A stretch of DNA of 64,000 nt, from positions 640,001 to 704,000 of the forward strand of contig CM000429.1 in assembly GCA_000165345.1 (NCBI GenBank), given 5' to 3'. Below the pieces are notes generated by a model. That model was given only the letters and a program-made list of their open reading frames with translations. It was not told the DNA's origin and ran no database searches. The stretch's first letter is position 1. Each line of letters begins with the position of its first letter. A program made the position numbers and the translations under genes. Shown piece by piece: positions 19,536 through 40,647 of the stretch.

Positions 19536-20936
19536 CTATAAATTATCGGAACTATGTTCTCTGTATACTTGTTCTGCCAATTGAGATAGAGTTACACATT
19601 TAAATTTAGTGGATAATTCTGGAAGCATTAGCTTTAAAACTTCAATGTTAGCTGATCTGAAACTATTGGAAGGTATATGTAAGCAAACAATTGAACCAGG
19701 AGAAGCATTACTGGTACAAAACTGGGCAAGAAATTGGGGAAATCCCTGAAATGAAACATCATTTGGGTATACATCACACATTACAACGTTATATCCCCTA
19801 GATACTACCAGTTCGTATTGCTGTTTTGTAAGTCTCCCAAATGGTGGCCTAAACCACTTATATGTTCTCAATTGTTCATTTCGAGTTCCATCATTATAAA
19901 AAACTTCTGGAAGATCACTTAAAGTTTGTTGGGTTTTTAAAATTGTTGAAGCAGAAGTTGATGTAATCATAGAGGATGAGGATGAGGATGAGGATGAGGA
20001 TGAGGAAGAAGAAGAGGATGGTGATAATGTCATTTCTGAAGTTGAAGTTTGGCTTCCTGAAGAGCTTTTTTTACCATTCATGTACATTGGAGGAATAATA
20101 TATGAATTACTGGAAATATGTTCTGGACAATATTTACTAATTAAATGCTCACACTCTAACAAATGTTTGGTAAATACTGAAATTGGGAGCTTATGAGCAG
20201 GAATGTCCTTTGCTAAGTGGTTTCCTAATTCATGTCCTTCAGATATACATCTTTTTAAAAAATGGTCAGCATTTTTGATATATTTTGCATTCCTTTCTGT
20301 TACAAAAAAAGTGCATTTAATATTATAATCTGCAAGTAAAGTAAGAATATTCTCATTAGTTTCTGGATCCAAACCGGGAACATCATCTATTGTGAGAGCT
20401 ACAATCGGCTGTTCAGTTTCAAACCACCAAATAGCATCCATTAAGTAAGTACCAAAACTATTCATCATGGATCTTGAGATAAAAGACGACCTACCAAATC
20501 GTAAAAAAGTTCGAATTGCCCATCTAGTACCAGATTTATTCAAGGCCTCCCAAGCTGTTTTGCTGAACATATTTCCCGTCTTGCTCTTACTGGATGAAAT
20601 CGTGTTCATTATATATAATTGTGAATTTCTTCTATTTATCACTTCTTGAGGACCTAAAAAAATATTAATAAAATAAGGAATACATAAATAGATTAAAAGG
20701 GGAATTCAATTACTCTTCAACCAGAAGTTCCAGAATAACCCCAATTTTTTTTCTCTTGAAAACTTACCCAATTCATCATCTCCTAACCCACTAACCAAAC
20801 TATTGATTGCAGCATTTTCAAAGGCATCCTTCCCAACTATATCAGAATCGTCTGATAAATCAGATTGATAGGCATTTCCATCGGTCATCAAAAACCTTAA
20901 GATGCTTAACTTCTTCTTCTTTCTCCGTTTCCCCAT
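19536..20936 (-). CDS. Polysaccharide deacetylase (NodB/CE4 family), 2 exons approx 20768..20936 and 19536..20653
   Basis: NodB motifs ALTIDDVPG (TFDDGP-like) and GHELGNHL (HxxxxH), plus a poly-Ser run. Upstream mini-exon with ATG at 20934..20936 (MGKRRKKKK...GDDELG), donor TTGG|GTAAGT, 114-nt intron, acceptor tttttttag|GTCC. It joins the main ORF in frame. Track ORF 20706..20954 corresponds to exon 1. Confidence 0.75.
19963..20016 (-). repeat. Coding trinucleotide repeat (GAGGAT)n on the plus strand, equal to poly-Ser (S15+) in the deacetylase
   Basis: gaggatgaggatgaggatgaggatgaggatgaggaagaagaagaggatgg. Confidence 0.85.
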
Positions 20937-21182
20937 TTTATTTTTATTATTCAAATTTAATTAATGTTTTTTCAAAATACTCGTCACCAAGATTAACCGC
21001 CAAAAGTTGGCGCTCAGTTTTTTGCTGACATTAAGAGATACAAATAAATTCGAATAAAAAAAGATTTATAAGAACTCCGAGAAAGAAAAGAAAGGAGTAT
21101 TTTGAATTATTTTTCATTAGATGAGTGCAAAATACTGACCTGTGACTTTGAGTTTTGGAATTTGGAGTGAAACTCTTAAGAG

Positions 21183-32522
<11,340 letters not shown>

Positions 32523-32730
32523 ATTATTCAATTTGAAGAAAGATCACAAAAATGATGATGGAATAATAATATTATTTGTTATATAAATAGGTATCGTAAA
32601 TAATTCAAAAAGAATAAAAATTAAAGATCAAGTTAGAAAAAAGACTTTTTTAGTTGGATTTTAATAAGCTTTAGTTAAGTTTTCTAATTAATTTATTATT
32701 TTGAGAAATTAACAAATTTGAAATGTCTTT

Positions 32731-34997
32731 TCATCCCTTCAGATGATTATGATAGAAATCTTCATCAAATAAATTCATCTTTGGAATCTTATTATTATAA
32801 TTTGCAATAGACATTGCAGAAACACTTAATTGAAGATTTGTATTAGAATCAAACTCCAAAAGGATATCAGCTGGTTCCAATTGAATATCTTTCTCAGCAA
32901 GTTCTTGACATAATCTAGATATATCGTCAATTGTGATAATCCTAGAGGATATAATTGAATCTTTATACTGAATTCCATCACAGAAATCTCTTTTAATTTC
33001 TCGACACTCTTCAGGATCTTGAATTTGGCAAGGATCTAAAACATTTGTAATTCTTAGAACTTTTGAATCCAAATTACGTGTACCTAAAGAATAAGTATCT
33101 TCTAGAGTGAATAGTAGTTGTAATGCAGTTTCTTGTCCTAAATAAAAAGCATTATCTTTGGTAATTGCTCCATTTATGGTTGTATGGGAATTCAAATTAT
33201 TAATAGGATTTAATACTGAATTGTAAGGTGATTGAATATTTGTTCCCGATCCTCCAACTGCTGTTGAAGAAGATGATGATTGTAGTGCTTGAGAATAGTC
33301 ATTTGGTCTAGAGACTTTAATTTTGGATCCCATACAAGCAAAACCATCTAATTGAAGAGCTTTTTCAGTTTCTTCTACAGTTCTAAATTCAACAAAACCA
33401 TAATTACCTTTTTTTTGAGCAAACCAAACACACAATATAGGATTTTCATTGGGATTTAAACATAATCCTCTCAATGCCATTTCCTGCCAGACAATTTGTT
33501 GAAAGCTTGATTCAGTAAGACCTAGATTTATAGGTAGATTACCAAAATAAAGCCTTCTAAACCTTCTTGTATTATTCATTGTAGCTGGATCCATTGATGC
33601 TGTACTTCCAGTTTTTGCTACCCATTGGAATCCATCATAGAAGACGGGAGTGGGCTCTTTACCTTCGCTTTGAGCAAGTTTTTGAAATCCTCCAGCCTTT
33701 TTAATACATCTAAAAAGAAAGGTTTAAATGTTAAAATATTCAATAATGAATTAATAAAAAAAAAACAAACTTACTTTGCTTGCATTCTTCTTCTTCTTCT
33801 TTCCCTCTCTCTAGATCTTTCTCTTTCTTCAGAAAATGATCTATTAACATAATTTTCATGTCTGTCTCGGTACCTATTTAAATATCTGATATTATTCCAA
33901 TTTCTGTCTCCATGATTATAACTATCTCTTTCATAGTCGTTGTAGTGACTATTTCCATGATCATAGTTGTATCCATGACTTGGTCTATTTCCATATTCAC
34001 TGTTTTTGTTAATAGCATAATCATTATCGTAGCCTTGGTCATAGTAATTCTCATTTCTGTAATATTGTGATCTATTTCGAGAAGTTTTTGTATTCGAATT
34101 AGAGATATATTCCTCATCAGAACAAGAATATGATCTGGTTCTGGGGTTGGATTTGGATTTGTATTTATTTTGAGACTCAGATATATGCTTTGATCTTGAA
34201 GAATGCCTAGATCTTGAGACACTTCTACTTTTGCTTCTGTTACATTCTTTATCAAAATCTCTATCTCTTTGCCTAACTTTGTCTCTAATTTTATTTCTTC
34301 CATCATTTTTATTTTCGCTTTTATTCGTTTTAATACTTGGACTTCTACTTCTACTAGTACTTCTACTTGAATTTATGGGTCCAGGGACAGATTTAGAGTG
34401 AGAATAAGTTGTAATATTATTTAACTCATAATCTTCATCACCAACCCTTTGAGTTGTGGTAATTCTAGAATGATTTTTAACATTACTTCTAAGGTATTTA
34501 AATTCGGATCTTTCATGAGCTCTTCCTCTATTCTCTATTCTGTCTCCAGAGCTTGAAACGGATCTTAACTTTTGTGATCTTCTCGAGTGAGAAAAGTCTC
34601 TCTCATCTTGGCGTTGGTGGTTATAATGATGACGATGATAATAGCCATCGTTAAATTCTTCCGGACTGGATTCATAGTTTCTTTTTACTCTTTCTTTAGA
34701 CCTTCCTCTTTCTATTGATTTTCTTTGAACTTGTCTTGACCCTGCCCTTGGACATGACCTTGAATTCGATCTTGAATTTGATAGTGACATAGATTCAGAT
34801 CGATACCTATTTTCTGAGCTAGATTTTGACATTGATCTTGAACTTGACTTAAATTTTTGCCTTGTGTTCGTTTTGGCTGAAGAATATCTTCTTCTATCAT
34901 AGGAAGAGTTTGAGCTTGATCTAGATGCTTTAGAAGAATTAAAACCTCCTCCTTTGAAGGAAGATTCCCCTCTTCTTCGATGATCTCTGCTGCTCAT
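32731..34997 (-). CDS. Splicing factor U2AF large subunit (U2AF65), 2 exons approx 33775..34997 and 32731..33709
   Basis: N-terminal RS/SR-rich domain; exon 1 ends GCAAA|GTAAGT, so the track stop lies inside the donor. A 65-nt intron with acceptor ctttttag joins in frame to a ULM-like FYDGFQW motif. RRMs follow: RRLYFGNLP...NYGFVEFR...KVSRP resembles U2AF65 RRM1. Confidence 0.85.
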
Positions 34998-35259
34998 TTC
35001 AATTCTAACTTAATCTTTTCAAGCTTTAAGAAATTGAAGGAAAAAAATCTTGGAGAAAAAATTTGATGATGCTTACCACTTAAGTATATATGGATGGTAC
35101 AATTGGACTTATTCTCTTAATTAATTAATTTCAAGAAACTTTAATTTCAGCCTCTTTCCATATCATTTAAATAAAAAATAACAATAATTCCAATGCTTGC
35201 TATTAATTTTTACCACGCTCAAAAATATTTGGGCATATTAAAAAAAAATATAGAAAAAG

Positions 35260-35330
35260 TGCACTAACGGGGAATCGAACCCCGGTCGAAACGATGGCAA
35301 CGTTTCATCATACCACTAGACCATTAGTGC
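35260..35330 (-). tRNA. tRNA-Gly (anticodon GCC)
   Basis: Reverse complement GCACTAATGGTCTAGTGGTATGATGAAACGTTGCCATCGTTTCGACCGGGGTTCGATTCCCCGTTAGTGC(A). It has a 7-bp acceptor stem, anticodon stem AAACG/CGTTT, loop TTGCCAT and T-arm CGGGG-TTCGATT-CCCCG. It is followed on its strand by CTTTTT, a Pol III terminator. Ends may be off by 1 nt. Confidence 0.9.
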
Positions 35331-35663
35331 TCACGTGACATTTTGTCGAATGAGATAATTAATATTGTATTAGGTTTTTAAGGAGTATAAAGTGTAGAGT
35401 GAAGATTGTTGTGATAACGATAAATAATTAGTGGGAAATTAGGGGAGGTAAAATAAAAATAAAAAAAAATATATTTAGAGCAAGGAGAAAATATAATTGA
35501 ATAAAATAATTAGTATTTGAAAAAAGGTTGTAATTTTTACCTTATTTGTATTAAATTCTTGATTTTGATAATTTATTTGGAGAACAAAATCCAATAAATT
35601 AATGTGGAAATGTGTATTTGTTTATATTACTCAAAAAGTGAATTTTCATAGGTTAGTTTAAGA

Positions 35664-37496
35664 ATGAATAAGAACAATAATGTATGTCTTGGAAGAAGAG
35701 GAAGACCTAAAAAAAACCAGCCAAAGCCTTCTCTAATTGACTGTATTGAAGCTCTTTCGGAGATTGATAACTTTAGTTTTTTCCCAATATATAAAAGAGA
35801 ATTATCAAATAAAAACTTCAGTGAGATAAAGCAAATTTTTAAGTTGAACAATAATTTCAGTAGTTGGTACACTTTGAATAAATCTTCATCCATAATGGAT
35901 TGTCAGAGTGATTTTTTGAATGAAGATACCTTAAACTCTACATCCACTTCTGATAATTCGATCAAAGTTTCATTCAATAATGATTTGGAAGAAATGGTAC
36001 TAAATGTGAATTCAGGAATAAAAACAAAGTCAGATTTTATGCCATTTCTTTTCTTTACCAATGGCCATGTTTGGAAAATGGCATTTAGTCCTCCATCTCA
36101 TTCAATAAATAAGATTTTTCTTGCCATAGGTATTCATTCACATGAATCCCCCATTTCTCAAATAAACAAAAGATATAATGACAAAGGAATAATCCAAATT
36201 TGGAGTATTCCTTTTCAAAATCCAGAAAATGAGGCTGATAACTCTTTATTACCTCAACAAGTTTTTGAGATTTATCATAATGGTCAGTTTTGCAGATTTC
36301 TTGAATGGATTCCCCAAAGTGAGAAACCAGAAAAAGGATCAGCTGGACTCCTTTTTTGTGTTCTAGGAGATGGAGTTGCATATTTACTTTCTATTCCTTT
36401 GCTTAATAATATGATATTAAATCGATTCAATATTGATGATTTGGTTGTTTGGAAATATTCAAATCCATATTACACAATTTGTTCTGCTTCTATTCGTATT
36501 CCAGATGTTGAAGCAGAATACTTAAGAATTGTTGGAACTACTGTTGAAGGGATCTTATTAGTATGGACTTTTGAAGCAGAATCTAATTCTAAACAAAACT
36601 TGGTGCTTCTAAATCCTTCAGAACAAATTATCTTAGTATCCCAAAATATTCCACTCCTTTCAGCTTCTTGGTGTCCCATTTACTCCTCAAGTTTGATCGC
36701 CGTTTGTGATTACAATGGAAAAATCTCAATTGTTGATATTAGAAGAAGCAGTAATAATTTAATCAAGGAATTTGAATTACCAAATAGACCAATAACATGT
36801 ATTATTTGGAGTAGATTTGTTAATAATATCTACCTTTCTCATGGAATTGGAGCCATAGTTTTGTCAGTTGAGACAGGCGATTATACCCAATTCACTATTG
36901 AGGCATACAATAAGAAGAAAAAATATTCAAAATATGAGGAAGAACAAATTTCTCCTATTTTGGGTTCCAGATCCTGGACATGTAGTTCATTTCTTCATCA
37001 TGCAATATTTGGATTCAATGATGGATCAACAATTATTGGACCTTGCTTTGAATTTGAATCCAAGTCTTTCCAAGAAACGATTTTGATCAAGGCTTTGGTA
37101 ACAAATTTAAATGAAAATGAACCAATTCATATTGACGAGGTAGCTGATGATAATAATGTTGAAATGAACAATGAGTTATCTTCTATCGAATACAATGATC
37201 CCCACGATGTAAATAATAACTTAGATAATGAATTAGAGGCAGTCAATAATTTAAAGTTGTTTAATTCTATGAAGGAATTAATCACGAATAATTATAACCA
37301 AAGGGTAAATAGAATGAAACAAGGATCTATTAAGATCATATGGAATCATGAAAATAATAACTTGAATGCTGTTGACTTTCTTGAAGTTCAATGTATAACT
37401 TCCGTTGACCTATTTAATTATCCCAAATTAATAGACCAACCTTATGTTGCTATTGCTTATTTCGGAGGCCTTGTAGCTATCCATAAATTCAAATAA
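35664..37496 (+). CDS. Hypothetical protein with an N-terminal AT-hook (GRRGRPKK) and a possible beta-propeller region
   Basis: Long ORF with ATG at 35664 and an AT-hook motif at residues 10-17. No confident family assignment. Confidence 0.5.
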   Translation: MNKNNNVCLGRRGRPKKNQPKPSLIDCIEALSEIDNFSFFPIYKRELSNKNFSEIKQIFKLNNNFSSWYTLNKSSSIMDCQSDFLNEDTLNSTSTSDNSIKVSFNNDLEEMVLNVNSGIKTKSDFMPFLFFTNGHVWKMAFSPPSHSINKIFLAIGIHSHESPISQINKRYNDKGIIQIWSIPFQNPENEADNSLLPQQVFEIYHNGQFCRFLEWIPQSEKPEKGSAGLLFCVLGDGVAYLLSIPLLNNMILNRFNIDDLVVWKYSNPYYTICSASIRIPDVEAEYLRIVGTTVEGILLVWTFEAESNSKQNLVLLNPSEQIILVSQNIPLLSASWCPIYSSSLIAVCDYNGKISIVDIRRSSNNLIKEFELPNRPITCIIWSRFVNNIYLSHGIGAIVLSVETGDYTQFTIEAYNKKKKYSKYEEEQISPILGSRSWTCSSFLHHAIFGFNDGSTIIGPCFEFESKSFQETILIKALVTNLNENEPIHIDEVADDNNVEMNNELSSIEYNDPHDVNNNLDNELEAVNNLKLFNSMKELITNNYNQRVNRMKQGSIKIIWNHENNNLNAVDFLEVQCITSVDLFNYPKLIDQPYVAIAYFGGLVAIHKFK

Positions 37497-37501
37497 AGCC
37501 A

Positions 37502-40039
37502 TTAATTATTGAGTTGTAATAGTAAGAATTCCATTCCTTTATTTGGGTTGGATAAAATATATATTTTTAATGAATCGATGAACTGTTGCTTACTTTCATT
37601 AAACTCTGAGTAAAGTAATTCAAAAGCTAATGCAATCTTTTTAACGGTTTTCTGTATTTTCCTTCTTAAAATCATACATGGAACGTACTTTTTACTCTTT
37701 AAAACATTATTCACATTAATCAAGAATTGTACAAGCTGGTTAATTTTATAAGTTAATATATTTAGTCTTCTTCCAAGCTTGAGTAAGATTACAAAACTTA
37801 TAGAGATTGATTGAAATGACTGATCTATTTCTGAATTATTGGGATCTCTCTTATTTGGAGCTAGGGTCAATTTATGTAGCTTCTCAAGATACAACTTATG
37901 GCTTTTAATCATAAATGAAACAGAGTTATTGCTATTGAGATGATTTTTGAAGTCTTCCCATATTATTGGATATTGCATTGAGAAATAACCATAATAAATA
38001 TCCACAATAAATTGAATTGAAAAACGTATTTTTTGAGTTATATAAAGCAACGAATCAATCCATTTCATAATAATTAGACAATTATTATTACAGAATTTAA
38101 TATAATCAAAATCATCATTTGCCATTTTTTTTGCTTTTTGCTTACAAAGCAGAATTCCCTGTTTTTCTCGATTCATTAAAGTGAGAGTTTGGAATACTTG
38201 ATTTAAAAATAATGAACATCTCTTGACTTCTAATAAAAAACTAAAGATGTTTGAATACTCCTCCATGTTATTTTTGTCAAAGAATTGCAATATTAAATAA
38301 CTTGGGATACCACAAATCAACATTTGAGTATTTGATGGATTTATATTTGAAATTAAATTGGGATTTGTATTATTAATTCTGATTTTTAAGGAATAGAATG
38401 TTGGTAATTGACCTTTAATATAGTCTTTTGAGTTACTAACTTCAAATTCTAATAGAAACATTGACATAATTTTCCTCTTAATTTCCCTTTCATCATCTTT
38501 GATTCCTTTATTATATATAAGTTTAATTGAAAGATTTGCTTCAGTTGGATCAACATCTATATTTGGGAACTTTCTTTTTGAATCCAAACGTAGAGTTTTA
38601 ATTAATTGTTCAGTAGATGATTCTTCCAAAATTACAAGTTCACTTAAGCATGATAAAATATTAATTATTCGAATTCCTTGATAGCTTTCAAAGTTAACTT
38701 GATTTTTGATTAATTTAGTTATGATTGGATTTACAAAATCTACTTTATTCTCTTCATTTTCCTTAATAAATAATTCCTTATAGTAGGTCTTCAAACTTTT
38801 ATTTAGCTCTCTGAATGATTCTCCAATGTTACTTTGAAAAGTATATCTTCTCTGGATAACCTGAGGTTTATTATTATCATTACTCTTGAATAACATATTT
38901 ATAGGAAAAGCTTTTGATTGATCTTGAAGATTTAGATCACTAAATAGGTCCATAGAAGTATTTGGAAGAAGATTATCAACTTTAATTGTTCTCAATATAG
39001 AATCTAGTGTTGAAATTTCATTCTTTGGTTGGATTTCAAAAATATTTCCAATGTTATATAAATAACAAGTATTGTATTTATTATAATAATTTAAAATATC
39101 ATGTAGAATACATACTGAGTCATGAAATTCGATTGTGTCACTTCCTTTATTAGATGGAAATTTTTTGAGAGAGTTTGGAGTATTTGGAATAAACTTAATA
39201 AAAGTATCAATACATTTTCTTAATAAAGAAATCCATATATTCAATAAATATTCGTCAATGATTAAAATCGACTTTTCAATATTACCAAATAAAGTTTCAA
39301 GAATGAATATATTTAATTCAATCTTTTGGATTTCTGCATTCTTGATATTACTTAAATCAGTCAGGAATACTTTATTGATCAAAATATTGAAAAAAGAGCG
39401 AATATTTGACCAAATATTTAAATATGGATGTAGTAAACTGCTAAGATAAACGATCGTAATCGGAGTTGAACATACTGTTTGCTCGTTCATTACTCCAAAT
39501 TGAAATTCACGCAGTGGGTAAGCTGAATCAACTTCCCAAAATAGTTGCTCATCCCCCCATAAATCCTCCTGCATAATAAAACTTTCGATCACATCCATTC
39601 CTTGAACTTTTGCTCCGATTTGATTAAATTCAGAAGCTAACTCATTAAATGATACTTCGCAGTTATTAAGGTGGTGATATTGTAACTCACAAAGTTTTGA
39701 GTCCCATTTTTGCATTAATTCAATAATAAACTCGGAAACACAACTTCCTAACTCTTTCCAGACTTGGAACTGTTTACTGTTCTCTTTCTCGTTAAGCCGG
39801 ATCAATTCAAGATTGTTAACTATAACATTAAGCTGGAATCTTATTTCTTCAAACACACTTTCTTTAAAGCAGCAATTTCTCATTAACTCATTGTATGCGT
39901 TATTAGTGGAAAATAAGGAATTAATTATGTTATTTACTATCCAAAATTGAGAAAATCTTTGTGTGTCTGATGATGAGAATTCCTTTCTATTAATAATTTC
40001 AGAAGGAAGTCTAATAATTGAGCCATTTTCAATGCTCAT
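37502..40039 (-). CDS. Hypothetical 845-aa helical protein, weakly reminiscent of a gamma-tubulin complex (Spc97/98, GCP) component
   Basis: Long uninterrupted ORF. The GCP-like guess rests only on a C-terminal helical pattern. Confidence 0.45.
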   Translation of the reverse strand: MSIENGSIIRLPSEIINRKEFSSSDTQRFSQFWIVNNIINSLFSTNNAYNELMRNCCFKESVFEEIRFQLNVIVNNLELIRLNEKENSKQFQVWKELGSCVSEFIIELMQKWDSKLCELQYHHLNNCEVSFNELASEFNQIGAKVQGMDVIESFIMQEDLWGDEQLFWEVDSAYPLREFQFGVMNEQTVCSTPITIVYLSSLLHPYLNIWSNIRSFFNILINKVFLTDLSNIKNAEIQKIELNIFILETLFGNIEKSILIIDEYLLNIWISLLRKCIDTFIKFIPNTPNSLKKFPSNKGSDTIEFHDSVCILHDILNYYNKYNTCYLYNIGNIFEIQPKNEISTLDSILRTIKVDNLLPNTSMDLFSDLNLQDQSKAFPINMLFKSNDNNKPQVIQRRYTFQSNIGESFRELNKSLKTYYKELFIKENEENKVDFVNPIITKLIKNQVNFESYQGIRIINILSCLSELVILEESSTEQLIKTLRLDSKRKFPNIDVDPTEANLSIKLIYNKGIKDDEREIKRKIMSMFLLEFEVSNSKDYIKGQLPTFYSLKIRINNTNPNLISNINPSNTQMLICGIPSYLILQFFDKNNMEEYSNIFSFLLEVKRCSLFLNQVFQTLTLMNREKQGILLCKQKAKKMANDDFDYIKFCNNNCLIIMKWIDSLLYITQKIRFSIQFIVDIYYGYFSMQYPIIWEDFKNHLNSNNSVSFMIKSHKLYLEKLHKLTLAPNKRDPNNSEIDQSFQSISISFVILLKLGRRLNILTYKINQLVQFLINVNNVLKSKKYVPCMILRRKIQKTVKKIALAFELLYSEFNESKQQFIDSLKIYILSNPNKGMEFLLLQLNN

Positions 40040-40408
40040 TTTTTCTTATAAATTAATTTAATTACACATTATTGTGAGGTATTTTTATGTGGCGCAATTT
40101 TGCCCAACACCGTTACTAAAAACTGTCAAACACGTAATGCATGCAGTGACGGTATTAAAAAAAAAATTCATGAGGACAATAATAATAAAAAATTACTCAC
40201 AAAAATTTTGATTAATATAAGAATAATTTTTTTTAATAAAAAAATTAATTACTTCATTTAAAAAAAATTATTTTGAATTTTTATCTGGAAAAAAAATATT
40301 TACATATAATTAATGAACAATAACTAAATAAATATAAATTTATGACAGAAATCTCAAATAATTATTTCAAGCAATAATTAATTCAATTTTGATTTTACAA
40401 GTCGAAAA

Positions 40409-40426
40409 AATTGCATGCATGCAATT
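40409..40426. promoter_or_regulatory. Palindrome AATTGCATGCATGCAATT in the divergent promoter between the 845-aa gene and the WS/DGAT-like gene
   Basis: TGCATGCA core, an ApiAP2-type G-box-like motif described in Cryptosporidium promoters. A near-identical copy is at 59627..59643. Confidence 0.4.
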
Positions 40427-40647
40427 ATTATTCATGTGCGAGTAGTTTTGAGTCAAGCCCATTAAAAATTAATTGGAATTAATTATTTCCGAGGTAAATA
40501 AATTATTAAGAAATTAAATTGATAGAAAAAAATTATAGTTTTGAAAGAGAAAGTAATAATTATTTTAATTAAAAATTTAAAGAAAGGGGAGAGATAAACC
40601 CCAAATAACAGATTTCAAATATCAAAATAAATATATAAAAAAAAATA

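Noticed and set aside
20706-20954. An 82-aa stand-alone small-protein ORF
   Set aside because: It starts at a TTG in the track, and its 3' part has a consensus donor that splices in frame onto the deacetylase ORF. It is better explained as exon 1 of that gene.
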